DNA of 64,000 nucleotides from Bacteriovoracaceae bacterium (GCA_965217035.1 OZ244226.1:248001-312000), one strand, 5' to 3'. Shown: positions 1 through 10,194, numbered from the stretch's first letter. The notes: generated from the sequence alone by a model not told the origin. Made by a program: numbers and translations.

Positions 1-2
1 AT

Positions 3-377
3 TTCCATAAGAACCTTGTTCGTAGGGATTTTGCGAAATACCAAGAACACTATACAGACAAAGCAAAAGACCCTTTTTACCGCATGCAACAACTTGATCC
101 TCGAGTTTTTGAACAGGAGGAAAGCTTCACTGTTGAAATTGCAGTTCCTGAGCATGAAAGAGACTTCTATTTACTCTCTGGAACTGGAAGAACGCTTAGA
201 CTAACTTTTAACAGAGATTTTAATAATGAATTTGTTGACCGAGATGGTTCAGTACTTAAATCAAAAAAATTCGAATCAGCCACTAAAACTATTCCCTTAT
301 CAGCTCCAATTAACCGTATGGGGATTACAAAGTCTTACAGAGATGGAGTTGTTAAATTTACCATTCAAAAAGCTTAA
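3..377 (+). CDS. 3' part of a protein ending in an alpha-crystallin/Hsp20-like domain (runs off the 5' edge of the window)
   Basis: The frame is open from position 3 (FHKNLVRRDFAKYQEH...), upstream of the 84 ATG. C-terminal 'EQEESFTVEIAVPE...ITKSYRDGVVKFTIQK' resembles the Hsp20 signature. Confidence 0.5.
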   Translation, partial: FHKNLVRRDFAKYQEHYTDKAKDPFYRMQQLDPRVFEQEESFTVEIAVPEHERDFYLLSGTGRTLRLTFNRDFNNEFVDRDGSVLKSKKFESATKTIPLSAPINRMGITKSYRDGVVKFTIQKA

Positions 378-392
378 TTCTCCCCCTAACAT

Positions 393-1484
393 GTGTTTGT
401 GAAGTTTCTTAAAAGGCCTGTCCTATCTAATTTTATTGCTATTAATGCTGACGAAAAAATTTCAATTCGTCTCAATATGAGCATGTTGAAAAAACCCTAT
501 GCAGAGAACCTCACCACGAAAGAGATCATTAAACCAACATCCCCCTTGGAGAATCTCGAATTTTTTGAAAAAAATGACTATCGTATAAAAATCGTTGGAA
601 TGACAGCGCAATCTGAAATTGTCTTGTTTCGTGAATATAATACAGACGAATACGCAATGATTTCCGTTCGTATTCCTAATGCGGTTGGAGACAAACATAT
701 TACAAGCCTCCAAGTTTATGAGACTAAGTACCATCCTGGTCTTGAACTTTTAATGGGAAGTTTTATTCCCTTGAAACTCAAAGAGCCTAAAAAAATTATT
801 ATCTCTGACTTTGATAAAACGTTAGTCGACACTCGTTATTCGACAGCCAAGGAACTTATGCATTCCTTAAGAAATCCTATTGATTATTTCCCCACTGTTG
901 AAAAAAGCTTAGAGCTCGTTAAAGACTTTATCAAAGACGGCCATGGAGCTTTCATTCTTTCAGCCTCTCCTCATTTTTATGAAAAAGCTTTTCGAGATTG
1001 GCTTTATCAAAATGAAATCTATACTAGTAATATTTTCTTAAAAGACTATAGAAAAATTTTCTCTTTCTTTGAATCAGATCTAACGACAAAGGATCTCAAA
1101 TCCCAAGGATTTTATAAACTCAATGAACTGGTTCAAATTATTTTAATGACGGGGATTCCCAATAATCTTGTTCTCGTAGGCGACGGGTTTGAGGCTGATT
1201 CAATGATTTATCTTATCATTCGCTCTGTTCTTATTGAACGGATGGATCCTTGGACTATTTGGAAACAGGTTCGAAGACTTGCTCCTTTTAAACTCACAAG
1301 AAAACAACAAGGAAAACTCCTTACAAATCTTCATCTCTTAGCTTCTCAAAAAGTTCCAAGGGAATTTGAACTAAAAATTTTTATCCGATGTAAAGAGAAC
1401 AATATCCAGGAAATTAGTGAAAGACGATACGAGGTAGGCTTCCTTGATAGGCAAAAACCACATATTTCCTTTTATTCTGCTTAA
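393..1484 (+). CDS. App1-like (DUF2183) HAD-family phosphatase
   Basis: Motif I 'IISDFDKTL', motif II 'FILSASP', motif IV 'LVGDGFEAD'. Start codon uncertain. Confidence 0.7.
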   Translation: MFVKFLKRPVLSNFIAINADEKISIRLNMSMLKKPYAENLTTKEIIKPTSPLENLEFFEKNDYRIKIVGMTAQSEIVLFREYNTDEYAMISVRIPNAVGDKHITSLQVYETKYHPGLELLMGSFIPLKLKEPKKIIISDFDKTLVDTRYSTAKELMHSLRNPIDYFPTVEKSLELVKDFIKDGHGAFILSASPHFYEKAFRDWLYQNEIYTSNIFLKDYRKIFSFFESDLTTKDLKSQGFYKLNELVQIILMTGIPNNLVLVGDGFEADSMIYLIIRSVLIERMDPWTIWKQVRRLAPFKLTRKQQGKLLTNLHLLASQKVPREFELKIFIRCKENNIQEISERRYEVGFLDRQKPHISFYSA

Positions 1485-1593
1485 ATTCTCTGAACTCGTA
1501 CATCAAAAAATTGACGCTCCTTTATATATTGCTAGGGTTTTTCTTTTTAGTTCTCTAAACTTTAATTAACTCATTTTTCATCAAGGAGAAGTC

Positions 1594-2280
1594 ATGCAGA
1601 AAAAACTTGCAGCTGAGTTCATTGGAACTTTTTGGCTAGTCTTAGGAGGCTGTGGAAGCGCCGTTATCGCGGCAGGAGTTCCCAATATAGGGATTGGTCT
1701 TCTAGGAGTCTCATTAGCATTTGGTCTTACCGTTCTTACTATGGCCTATGCTATTGGACATATATCAGGCTGCCATCTCAATCCAGCAGTTTCATTAGGC
1801 CTCTTAGTCAGTGGCAGATTTAGTAGGAATGAATTCATTCCTTATGTTATTGCCCAAACACTTGGTGCAATTGTAGGTGCTGGAATTCTTTATGTAATTG
1901 TAACTGGAAAAGCAGGCCTAGGATCTATTGGAGGATTCGCCTCAAATGGTTTTGCTGACCACTCACCTGGAGGCTTCAGCATGATGTCGGGTCTCATTTG
2001 TGAGATTGTTATGACATTTATGTTCTTAATGATCATATTAGGAGCAACCGATAAAAGGGCCCCAGCTGGATTTGCTCCAATTGCCATTGGGCTAGGGCTT
2101 ACATTGATTCACCTTATTAGCATTCCTGTAACAAACACTTCGGTAAACCCTGCCAGAAGCTTAGGTCCTGCTGTCTATGTAGGAGGATGGGCACTTCAAC
2201 AAGTTTGGCTTTTTTGGGTAGGTCCACTCATTGGAGCAGCCTTAGCAGGCTTTTGTTATAAAAACCTGTTTGAAAAATAA
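1594..2280 (+). CDS. aqpZ: Aquaporin Z
   Basis: Two NPA motifs ([18 protein letters not shown]). N-terminus '[22 protein letters not shown]'. RBS AAGGAG. Confidence 0.97.
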   Translation: MQKKLAAEFIGTFWLVLGGCGSAVIAAGVPNIGIGLLGVSLAFGLTVLTMAYAIGHISGCHLNPAVSLGLLVSGRFSRNEFIPYVIAQTLGAIVGAGILYVIVTGKAGLGSIGGFASNGFADHSPGGFSMMSGLICEIVMTFMFLMIILGATDKRAPAGFAPIAIGLGLTLIHLISIPVTNTSVNPARSLGPAVYVGGWALQQVWLFWVGPLIGAALAGFCYKNLFEK

Positions 2281-2288
2281 CCTTTAAA

Positions 2289-2320
2289 ACGGTGTCTTGA
2301 ATTTATTTACGAGACACCGT
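2289..2320 (+). terminator. Hairpin downstream of aqpZ
   Basis: ACGGTGTCTTG-N10-CGAGACACCGT inverted repeat 8 nt after the stop; the U-tail is weak. Confidence 0.55.
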
Positions 2321-2346
2321 GCTCTTCTCCCCTTATAATCTTGTTC

Positions 2347-2922
2347 ATGGGTTTAATCTATCTCTATCCAACTGAAGACAACGATCCGGATCATTTTATA
2401 AAAAGAAATGATTCTCTAACTCTTAGAAGTTATGGACTTCCTCCGCTTTTTTGGGCCTATGCTATTGCAATTTGCGGGATACTTTTTCTTCTCTACCTTC
2501 CAATACATGAACCTCTTCAAAAATATAAAGAAATTGGTGAAAGCTTTGATCTTTATTTTATCTATGCACTGTATGCACTCATGATAGGATCTCCTTTAGT
2601 CCTCATGAGTTTCTTTTTCTATGAAAAACAAATGACTGTTTCTAAAGGAATCATTACTCTTGTTTCTAAACTATTTTTTATCTCCGTAAGAACTCAGAAG
2701 ATACCCTATGGTCCCCTTGACACTCTTGAAATTAGTCACTTCATTGATAGCCCTAATATGGCGAGAATCAAAGATGATCGTGCATTGAAAAGTTTTTATA
2801 ATCGTGGTTATCATGAACTAGTTTTAAAATCTAAAAATGCAAGAGATAGCATTATTTTAGATCGAGCCACAAGAAAAGCTGATCTTGAAAAAATAAAAAA
2901 GTTGATAATGGATTTCCTCTAA
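2347..2922 (+). CDS. Hypothetical membrane protein (two TM segments followed by a soluble beta-rich domain)
   Basis: Long ORF with two hydrophobic helices; ATG at 2347. Confidence 0.7.
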   Translation: MGLIYLYPTEDNDPDHFIKRNDSLTLRSYGLPPLFWAYAIAICGILFLLYLPIHEPLQKYKEIGESFDLYFIYALYALMIGSPLVLMSFFFYEKQMTVSKGIITLVSKLFFISVRTQKIPYGPLDTLEISHFIDSPNMARIKDDRALKSFYNRGYHELVLKSKNARDSIILDRATRKADLEKIKKLIMDFL

Positions 2923-3081
2923 GAGAAAAATATCTCTATAAGTCTTTATTTTTCTTTATAATTCCAAAGTACCTAAAAAAACTGTCTTTCTTATTGTCCA
3001 AGTAATCCCCTATTTCCATATTATTTATTGCTCTAACTAGCTAGAAATATTAAGAAATTGAAAAAAAAATTAATTTTCTCT

Positions 3082-3109
3082 TAAAGACACTTTCTAACAA
3101 AACCGATAA
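3082..3109 (+). promoter_or_regulatory. Sigma-28 (FliA)-like promoter
   Basis: TAAA-N16-ACCGATAA, compared with consensus TAAA-N15-GCCGATAA; upstream of the Ca-repeat lipoprotein. Confidence 0.6.
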
Positions 3110-3160
3110 TTCCTGTAAGATTTATTAATGAGATTAGCTTCTAAATCAAGGGAAAAGTTC

Positions 3161-5095
3161 ATGTTAGCAAAACAAAGATCGAGGTCTCTATTTATTTTAT
3201 TACCATTACTTGCATTATTAGGCTGCGGGATAACCAACAAAGAAGTTTTTAGAGTTGGAAACTCTCTAAGCGGTAACTTGAGTGCCAATACCGACCTAGA
3301 TGCAAATACTGACTCAGACGGTGACGGAATCTCGGATGCCGACGAATCGAGTTTGGGGACAGATCCAAAAAATCCAGATTCTGATGGAGATGGGCTAACT
3401 GATGGTGACGAAATCAATACATATAAAACAAATCCTCTTATTGCAGATACTGATGAAGGCGGAGTTAATGATGGAACTGAAGTTAAAAGAGGTTCAAACC
3501 CACTTGATCCAAAAGATGATATTGGAAAAGACTCTGATAATGATGGACTAACTGACTCGCAAGAAGATCAACTAGGAACTGACTTAAATAATCCCGATAG
3601 TGATAAAGATGGATTAACTGATGGAGCAGAGGTAAATACTCACAAAACAAATCCTCTTATTGCCGATACTGATGAGGGCGGAATAATTGATGGAGACGAA
3701 GTTTTGGTAGGCAGTGATCCACTTGATCCAGAACAAGAGTTTAAAACTAATCCCGCAAAAGATAGTGATAGAGACGGATTGTCTGATGAAGATGAAAAGA
3801 ATAAATATAAAACGGATCCTAATAATCCAGATTCAGATAATGATGGACTTAAAGATGGCTATGAAGTCAACACGACTAAGACGGACCCACTGGATCACGA
3901 CACTGATGATGGTGGAACTATTGATGGAATAGAAATTAACAAAGGCTTAAACCCACATGATCCGTCCGATGATAATAGTGATCTTGTTGATAATGACAAC
4001 GATGGACTTAATGGTGCTGAAGAAAAAGAATACGGAACAGATCCATATAATAGCGATACTGATGAGGATGGACTAAAAGATGGCGCTGAAGTTAACACCC
4101 ATAAAACAGATCCATTAAAAAGAGATACTGATAAAGGTGGAATTGTAGATGGGATTGAAGTAACCCAAGGCTATAACCCTCTTGATCCTAGCGATGATAT
4201 TCATCTCAAGCCGATTTCTATCAAGTTTATCGAATCTCCAGGACCAAGAACACATGATAATTATGCAAAATTTGTCTTCGAAGTTTCCCCTTCCGAGCGA
4301 GTTGATAGTGTTTACTGCGGAGTAACAGCTCCTTTTATAAAATCAGTTCTTAGAAGATGTAAACCAGGTAAAGTTATACATTTAGAAAACCTCGCTCCTG
4401 CCAAGTACACGATGATTTTTATTGCAACAGACAAGAAAGGGAAATCTTATACCACATACTATTATTGGGAAGTCGTGAAAAAAGGCAAGGATTCTTGCCA
4501 AGGTAAACATGTAAAAGAAATTACACACTCTCTTGAATTTAAAAAAACTACTCAAGCATGCCAATGGGGAATCAATGGAAACCTCGATAAGAAACATCCT
4601 TATGTTCAGGCCGTAAGACAGCAAGAAGTAAAAGTTTACCTACCGAAGACAATGAAGATATGCGATGTTGATGTTGAATTCCCAAAACAAACAGTGGAAT
4701 TCGATGATAATTTTGTCCTAGAATTTAATAAGAATGTTATAGCAACAAATGGACTATTCCTGTTAACCAATGACAATGGTAAGATGATTTTTGATTTTGA
4801 TAGAATCAAAGGAATGCGCTGGGGAATTGAGAACCCGTATTGCATTACAGGTGCAGAGTGTATGATTCCTAGACATAACACCAGTCTTAAGGATTTACGC
4901 ATTGACCTCGGAACAAATCTAAGAGTTGCTTTAAAGGACCAACTTCAAAAAGAAAAAGTTTTTACAGCACGACTTAATGTTGTCGGGGATGATGATCCGA
5001 GCGATTGTCAGCATAGTGGATTAGAAGGAACTCTAAAAGTAAAATACTATGTTCCAAGCTTTCCATCAGATACCTTAACAGTACCTACTCCATAA
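3161..5095 (+). CDS. Lipoprotein with many thrombospondin type-3-like Ca2+-binding repeats and a Cys-containing beta-rich C-terminal region
   Basis: Lipobox LLGC after a hydrophobic stretch. Repeated D(S/T)DxDGLxDxxE...(T/S)(D/N)PxxxD units. ATG at 3161 follows AAGGGA. Confidence 0.85.
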   Translation: MLAKQRSRSLFILLPLLALLGCGITNKEVFRVGNSLSGNLSANTDLDANTDSDGDGISDADESSLGTDPKNPDSDGDGLTDGDEINTYKTNPLIADTDEGGVNDGTEVKRGSNPLDPKDDIGKDSDNDGLTDSQEDQLGTDLNNPDSDKDGLTDGAEVNTHKTNPLIADTDEGGIIDGDEVLVGSDPLDPEQEFKTNPAKDSDRDGLSDEDEKNKYKTDPNNPDSDNDGLKDGYEVNTTKTDPLDHDTDDGGTIDGIEINKGLNPHDPSDDNSDLVDNDNDGLNGAEEKEYGTDPYNSDTDEDGLKDGAEVNTHKTDPLKRDTDKGGIVDGIEVTQGYNPLDPSDDIHLKPISIKFIESPGPRTHDNYAKFVFEVSPSERVDSVYCGVTAPFIKSVLRRCKPGKVIHLENLAPAKYTMIFIATDKKGKSYTTYYYWEVVKKGKDSCQGKHVKEITHSLEFKKTTQACQWGINGNLDKKHPYVQAVRQQEVKVYLPKTMKICDVDVEFPKQTVEFDDNFVLEFNKNVIATNGLFLLTNDNGKMIFDFDRIKGMRWGIENPYCITGAECMIPRHNTSLKDLRIDLGTNLRVALKDQLQKEKVFTARLNVVGDDDPSDCQHSGLEGTLKVKYYVPSFPSDTLTVPTP

Positions 5096-5126
5096 TCTCG
5101 TGAATTAATCGCAATAATCTTTTATC

Positions 5127-5158
5127 GAGCTGGTGAAGAAAATCTTCACCAGCTCTTT
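5127..5158 (+). terminator. Intrinsic terminator
   Basis: Perfect 13-bp stem GAGCTGGTGAAGA-AAA-TCTTCACCAGCTC followed by TTT. Confidence 0.8.
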
Positions 5159-5339
5159 AATAATTAATACCCAGGTTCGTTAAAGCTTAAACGCCTACTC
5201 TCAGCTTTTCTCTTATCGTCAGAAACATGCTTCTTAACCAAACCAAAGCACTCAGGAATGATTTACCTTATATTCATCAAAACACCCAACCATAGTAAAA
5301 TAAAGCATTAAGCAATCGCATCATCTCAAGGATTGAATT

Positions 5340-5723
5340 ATGAGTGATTTTTCTAAGAAATTTATTGAACAACAAAAGAAAAAACTCCTTAAGCATAAAG
5401 AACAAATCGTTCAGAACTTCAAAGCATTCGCTGAAGAGACCAAAAACGAAGGAGCCAACTTAGTTTCAGAAGAAGGTGACTTGGCCCAAAAATATACTGA
5501 CCAAAAACTTAGTATCAGCCTTCGCGAAAAAGATCTTCGCACCATGAGAGAAATTGATATTGCTCTTAGAAAAATAGAAGATGGCACATATGGTTATTGT
5601 GAAGAATCTGGAGAGCCGATCGAAAAGAAACGCCTTGAGAAAAAGCCTTGGGCCAAATTATCGCTTTATTACGCTGAATTAGAGGAAAGAGAACAACAGA
5701 GATACTTTAAACGTTCCGTTTAA
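5340..5723 (+). CDS. dksA: DksA/TraR family transcription factor, one-Cys (probably zinc-free) variant
   Basis: 'IDIALRKIEDGTYGYCEESGEPIEKKRLEKKPWAKLSL'; coiled-coil tip EEGDLA. Confidence 0.85.
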   Translation: MSDFSKKFIEQQKKKLLKHKEQIVQNFKAFAEETKNEGANLVSEEGDLAQKYTDQKLSISLREKDLRTMREIDIALRKIEDGTYGYCEESGEPIEKKRLEKKPWAKLSLYYAELEEREQQRYFKRSV

Positions 5724-5963
5724 ATATTTTTTGTTTTTCTATTTCTTACATCTTCTCTTATGATGTCATAAAAATTGACTCTTTTACCCCGAAAGTTGAA
5801 GGGAATCGTTAGGTTTTTCCACTTGGCAACAAATATTACTTAGCATTTTAATAGTCAGTACGCGAAAGACTCGAACGTCCCTTACTAGACGGTGGTATGT
5901 GGACCAAAAGTTGCTCAAGAATTGCAGAGAGAGCAACTGATAATTTGAGAAGGAGATCAAATT

Positions 5964-6401
5964 ATGGCAAAAAGACTAAATGTTCACTTGAAGAAAACGG
6001 AAATCAAAAAGTTGAAAAACAAATTGCTGGCTGAAGAAGAAAGAATTGTTAACAAACAACTCAGCAAAAAAGCAGAATTTAAACTATCACCAAATGAAAA
6101 CAAAGACGATGTTGATTCAGCAAATGATAATATTCTGACATCAACAGATCTTCGTTTTAGTAATCGTGAGCTTCTTTATTTAAAGAAAATTCGCAAGGCA
6201 ATTGAAAAAACAGATACTGAAGAGTATGGAATTTGCACAGACTGTGGAGCCGATATTAGCTTTACTCGTCTTTGGGCAAGACCAACTAGTGACCTTTGTA
6301 TTGTTTGCAAAGAAGAGTCTGAAAGAGTGGAGCACCAAAGTTCCCATGGACGGACTTCAAAATCACTTGGTCAGTCTGTAAACCTAGCGACTTCAGTTTA
6401 A
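5964..6401 (+). CDS. dksA: DksA/TraR C4 zinc-finger transcription factor
   Basis: Tip DDVDSA (DxxDxA); 'YGICTDCGADISFTRLWARPTSDLCIVCKE'; RBS AAGGAG. Confidence 0.88.
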   Translation: MAKRLNVHLKKTEIKKLKNKLLAEEERIVNKQLSKKAEFKLSPNENKDDVDSANDNILTSTDLRFSNRELLYLKKIRKAIEKTDTEEYGICTDCGADISFTRLWARPTSDLCIVCKEESERVEHQSSHGRTSKSLGQSVNLATSV

Positions 6402-7484
6402 ATTAGGACAAGAAAATAATAACGTCCGAGGCGTAGCTTTCTTAATGTGATTAATGATCACGAGGCTACCTTCGGATGCGTTATTCAACGTAACTCCATT
6501 TAAGTCTTTTATTTCAGAGATATTTGATGAAAATCTTTTCCCCTCACCTGTTACAAAGGAAACTGACTTAAACTCGGAACTTAGAAAATCTTTTTTTAAA
6601 CGAATTGCGGTATAGCTCCCTTTTTTCGTTGAAATGACTTCCCCTAAAATTTCTTCTCTGTTTCTTTCAAGCTCTTCATTCTTCAATTTAGGAAAAAGAA
6701 CGTTCGATTTGTTAATATCAAAATAGCCTCGAGTTTTTCCAAACGGAATACTTTCAAAAACCTTTTCTATTCCAGTCGAAGGATTTTCAAGATACTTTTC
6801 GATTTCTGAATTACTATATTCAAGACGTAAATGAGTCACTTTCATTTTATTGATTTCATCTAATCGCTCTAGAAGACAAAGCTTCTTTAAATGATACATA
6901 AAAGTTCCATGAAGGTTCTGTTCAACTTCAAAACCTTTATGAGGAGATTCTTCACTATCTGCGAATAATTTTATCTCATCCTGTTTCTCTTTTACTTGAT
7001 GGTCTAAAAGCATCCGCGGACTATAAAAAAGTAAAATATCTCCAAGTAAAAGAATTTCAGATTCTATTCCTCTTCCAATTAACTTTTCTGAGTATTCTTT
7101 AATTCTATTTTTGGGAAGCTCATACGAAAGAACAATCTTTTTCAAGCGATCACCTATAAAGTTCACCCATCTTTCAATCGCGGGCCAATTATGATGACCA
7201 TTTTCAAGAATAAGTTCAATCGGTTTTTCCGTTTTTTCTAAAACATAAGCAAGGATCCCAGGGTCTTGAACTCTAATAGCATCAAATTGATCTTTTACTT
7301 GATCAAAAACTCGCATTGTTCGTTCCCAATCTCTTTCACAGCAAAGAATATCAAAATTTAAAATCTTATATTGTTCGGCTTTTAAGTTTTCAGAGGGAGT
7401 TTTTCTGCTTAACTCTTTTATATTGAACAAAACTTCTGAAGTTAATCGAGAAACTTTTGAGTAAGGAGAAACAATTTTTTTCAT
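6393..7484 (-). CDS. U32-family protein, Cys-poor partner subunit (TrhP1/YrrN-like)
   Basis: 'DAIRVQDPG', 'VLSYELP', 'LLFYSPRMLL', 'EQNLHGTFMY'. Overlaps the stop of the upstream U32 gene. Confidence 0.7.
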   Translation of the reverse strand: MKKIVSPYSKVSRLTSEVLFNIKELSRKTPSENLKAEQYKILNFDILCCERDWERTMRVFDQVKDQFDAIRVQDPGILAYVLEKTEKPIELILENGHHNWPAIERWVNFIGDRLKKIVLSYELPKNRIKEYSEKLIGRGIESEILLLGDILLFYSPRMLLDHQVKEKQDEIKLFADSEESPHKGFEVEQNLHGTFMYHLKKLCLLERLDEINKMKVTHLRLEYSNSEIEKYLENPSTGIEKVFESIPFGKTRGYFDINKSNVLFPKLKNEELERNREEILGEVISTKKGSYTAIRLKKDFLSSEFKSVSFVTGEGKRFSSNISEIKDLNGVTLNNASEGSLVIINHIKKATPRTLLFSCPNLN

Positions 7485-8683
7485 AATTGTCCTCTCACTA
7501 CATTTCTTCGCGCTATAGAGTCAAATTTTGGAATTCTAATAAGCTGATTAGGTCTAGTCCATTCGAGTTCTTCTCCCGAAAGATCAAGAATTTTGTTAAG
7601 CTTAAATGTTTTTTCCTCTCCATTGAATAATAAAAGGTCTAAAGAGGTATCAGGAAATATCTTTCCCTTGGTTTCTAAAATTGCAAAATCACTACCAACC
7701 TCTTGAACAGTTCCTACGACTTGATATGGAGACTTCTCATGTTCTCTTTCATCATAGATGCTTTCTTTTCCTGCCGCTCCAGAAAGACTTCCATGAGAAT
7801 ATTTACGATGAGAAAACTTTGAAAGCTCCTCTTTCAGTTTTTTTATTAACTCAACAGAAATTTTTCCCTCTTTGGCGAAAGTATCTAATGCCTTTCTATA
7901 AACTTTTGTAACAGTCGCTGCATAAAGAGGCCCTTTCATTCGACCTTCTATTTTCATAGAATCAATTCCACAAGAAGCAAAGAGCGGGATAAGATCAACA
8001 CCTTCTAAGTCTTTTGAACTCATGAAGAAATCTTTCGAAACAGTTCCCTTTTCATCTCTAAGTGTATATTCAAATCGACAACTATGAGCACAACCTCCCC
8101 TATTACTATCACGCCCTTGAGTGAAATTTGAAATGGTACAATTCCCAGAGTAGGCCATGCACATCGAACCATGTATAAACATTTCAAGATCGACATCTGC
8201 ATAGTTTTTAATTCTTTTTGCTTCTTCCAAACTCACTTCTCTTCCAAGAATGACTCTTTCGACTCCAAGATCTTTCCAAAGTTTTGCAGAGTATGCATTC
8301 ACGCAACTTGCTTGGGTGCTTAAGTGGACAGGAATATGCGTACTTTTGATAATAACTGTAATCGCCCCAATATCCGAAACAATAAGAGCATCCACTCCTA
8401 TTCTTTCCAAATCTTCAAGAAAGCCAGGAAGCTGTTCAAGGTCCTCGTCAAAAGGAAAGGCATTAATCACAACATAAACCTTTGCTTTCCTTGCATGAGC
8501 GAATTTCACTCCTTCTTCTAGCTCTGGAATAGTGAAGTTTTCAGCAGCCGCTCTAAGGCCAAAATTAATTCCACCAAGGTAAACAGCATCAGCACCATAA
8601 GAAATCACAGTTTTAAGTTTCTCTAAGCTTCCCGCTGGCGCGAGAAGTTCAGGTATTTGATAATTTGCTATTCTCTCAGTCAT
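7481..8683 (-). CDS. U32-family protein (TrhP/YrrO-like tRNA hydroxylation, Fe-S)
   Basis: 'PELLAPAGS', 'GADAVYLG', 'HLSTQ', 'HGSMCMAYSGNC...NRGGCAHSCR', 'KIEGRMK'. Confidence 0.92.
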   Translation of the reverse strand: MTERIANYQIPELLAPAGSLEKLKTVISYGADAVYLGGINFGLRAAAENFTIPELEEGVKFAHARKAKVYVVINAFPFDEDLEQLPGFLEDLERIGVDALIVSDIGAITVIIKSTHIPVHLSTQASCVNAYSAKLWKDLGVERVILGREVSLEEAKRIKNYADVDLEMFIHGSMCMAYSGNCTISNFTQGRDSNRGGCAHSCRFEYTLRDEKGTVSKDFFMSSKDLEGVDLIPLFASCGIDSMKIEGRMKGPLYAATVTKVYRKALDTFAKEGKISVELIKKLKEELSKFSHRKYSHGSLSGAAGKESIYDEREHEKSPYQVVGTVQEVGSDFAILETKGKIFPDTSLDLLLFNGEEKTFKLNKILDLSGEELEWTRPNQLIRIPKFDSIARRNVVRGQL

Positions 8684-8700
8684 TTTTGATAATATTAGCT

Positions 8701-9786
8701 ATGTTCAATAAAAGATTTCTTATGGCCTGTGGGGCGCTCGTTGTCATTCTCATGATTGCCTTGAGACCTAACGGGAAATCTCTTAAAATTCCCTATCCTT
8801 ATAAAATGACACCTCTAAAAAAGCAAAAGCTTGAGGCTGATGCAGTGTGGCTCGGTTCTGAATTTGCTGTCGTTGCAGGACAATTCATCGATAACCTCCA
8901 ACGACGTCTTGAAGGAAGCGAAAAACCCTATAAAATTAAAGATTTCTCATTAAACTTTTTAGGCCTCCATAGAAGTATTCAAGTTCTTAGAAGTCTCGAA
9001 CCTTTTCCAAAAATTATCTACTATATGGGAAACTCTCAGGAAGCTTCTGAATTTAAATTCTACCTCCCTGATCACCAAAAAATTCGAAATAACTTAAAAA
9101 TTTATTCTTCATCTGAATTTCAAAAACAATTAAATGGTTCAGGCTTCGTTTCTAACCCTTTCGAAAGCTATAAAAAAGTGATTAATTTAAAAGATCCTCA
9201 AGTTCAATCTCTTGAGTTGAAGACTGATCAAAAAGCGACTTATCTTGCAACTCTCTATGCTCTTTATGAAATGGAATTAAAAGAATTGGTTCGTCTTGTA
9301 AAAGAAAACAATTCAAGACTTATTCTTGTCACCACTCCATTAAAACTCAAAGACCCTCTTGTTGAAAATTGTCGAGAACCTGGTCCGAAACTTAAAGCCC
9401 AACTCTCCTTATTACAATCTATTGCGGGAAGAGGAGAATTTGAAAAAGGTTATCAACTCGGAAAGGCCCTACTTTTAAAACATGAAGGGATTGCGGAACT
9501 CTATTATACTCATGCAATCACATCAGAGGGAACGAATCGTTTTACTGAAGCATTAGATAATTTCAATAAGGCTCAACTTTATAATTGTAATCTTTATGGA
9601 GCTAAACCAGTTTTTAATAATATTCTTCGTGCAGCAGCTGATCGCTATAATCTTCCACTTTTTGACTTTGATAAATACCTTCAAGAGAAATTTATCACTT
9701 CGAATGATTCCTTAAAAACAAATAAGATATTAAAAAAACATTATAAAAGTCTTATTGAAACCTTAGAGTTCCTTACTTTGAAATAA
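8701..9786 (+). CDS. Membrane-anchored protein with degenerate SGNH-hydrolase-like blocks and a TPR-like insert
   Basis: N-terminal TM helix. 'LVRLVKENNSRLILVTTP' and 'NNILRAAADRYNLPLFDF' resemble SGNH elements, but no GDS or DxxH catalytic motif is present. Confidence 0.5.
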   Translation: MFNKRFLMACGALVVILMIALRPNGKSLKIPYPYKMTPLKKQKLEADAVWLGSEFAVVAGQFIDNLQRRLEGSEKPYKIKDFSLNFLGLHRSIQVLRSLEPFPKIIYYMGNSQEASEFKFYLPDHQKIRNNLKIYSSSEFQKQLNGSGFVSNPFESYKKVINLKDPQVQSLELKTDQKATYLATLYALYEMELKELVRLVKENNSRLILVTTPLKLKDPLVENCREPGPKLKAQLSLLQSIAGRGEFEKGYQLGKALLLKHEGIAELYYTHAITSEGTNRFTEALDNFNKAQLYNCNLYGAKPVFNNILRAAADRYNLPLFDFDKYLQEKFITSNDSLKTNKILKKHYKSLIETLEFLTLK

Positions 9787-10159
9787 TGTCGTGATTATCC
9801 AAAATAACTTGGTATTGCTCTTTTAAAGCTTGAAAGGTCTCTAATAAGTCGAGAATCTGTTGGTCTTGCTTATAAGCTTTTAACTGCGGCCCTAGTTCAT
9901 CCATGATGAAAACATCATGCCGGATATACGGAATTTCATCTTCTCGATTAATAAACTTAGGTCTCTTTGCTAACCTATGCCTTAAAAATCCAAGATCCTG
10001 AGAAAGCTGAAAAGGAAAAATATTTTTATAATTTCTCACTGTATTCTCAAGCTCGACTCGAGCATCATTATGAACCTCGGTAAGATCATATTCATCCTCA
10101 ATAAAATTAACTGCAAAAGCTTGAAGCGTGATAAATGTCATTAAAATTGCTGTCTTCAT
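9773..10159 (-). CDS. Small secreted hypothetical protein
   Basis: Signal peptide MKTAILMTFITLQAFA. Confidence 0.75.
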   Translation of the reverse strand: MKTAILMTFITLQAFAVNFIEDEYDLTEVHNDARVELENTVRNYKNIFPFQLSQDLGFLRHRLAKRPKFINREDEIPYIRHDVFIMDELGPQLKAYKQDQQILDLLETFQALKEQYQVILDNHDIISK

Positions 10160-10166
10160 AGACTGC

Positions 10167-10194
10167 TATTCGGCAAAGACAAATAAGAGCTTCA
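10167..10194 (-). promoter_or_regulatory. Sigma-28-like promoter, probably giving a leaderless mRNA
   Basis: Minus strand TGAA-N16-GCCGAATA, then 7 nt, then the ATG at 10159; no SD sequence. Confidence 0.55.

Noticed and set aside
3094..4902. Antisense and alternate-frame ORFs over the Ca-repeat lipoprotein, and the many other 60-120 aa shadow ORFs in the track
   Set aside because: They lie within well-supported genes and reflect codon bias of the real frame; they have no RBS or motifs.
5823..5840. Sigma-54 promoter (TTGGCA...) upstream of the second dksA
   Set aside because: No GC at the -12 position with the required 10-nt spacing.
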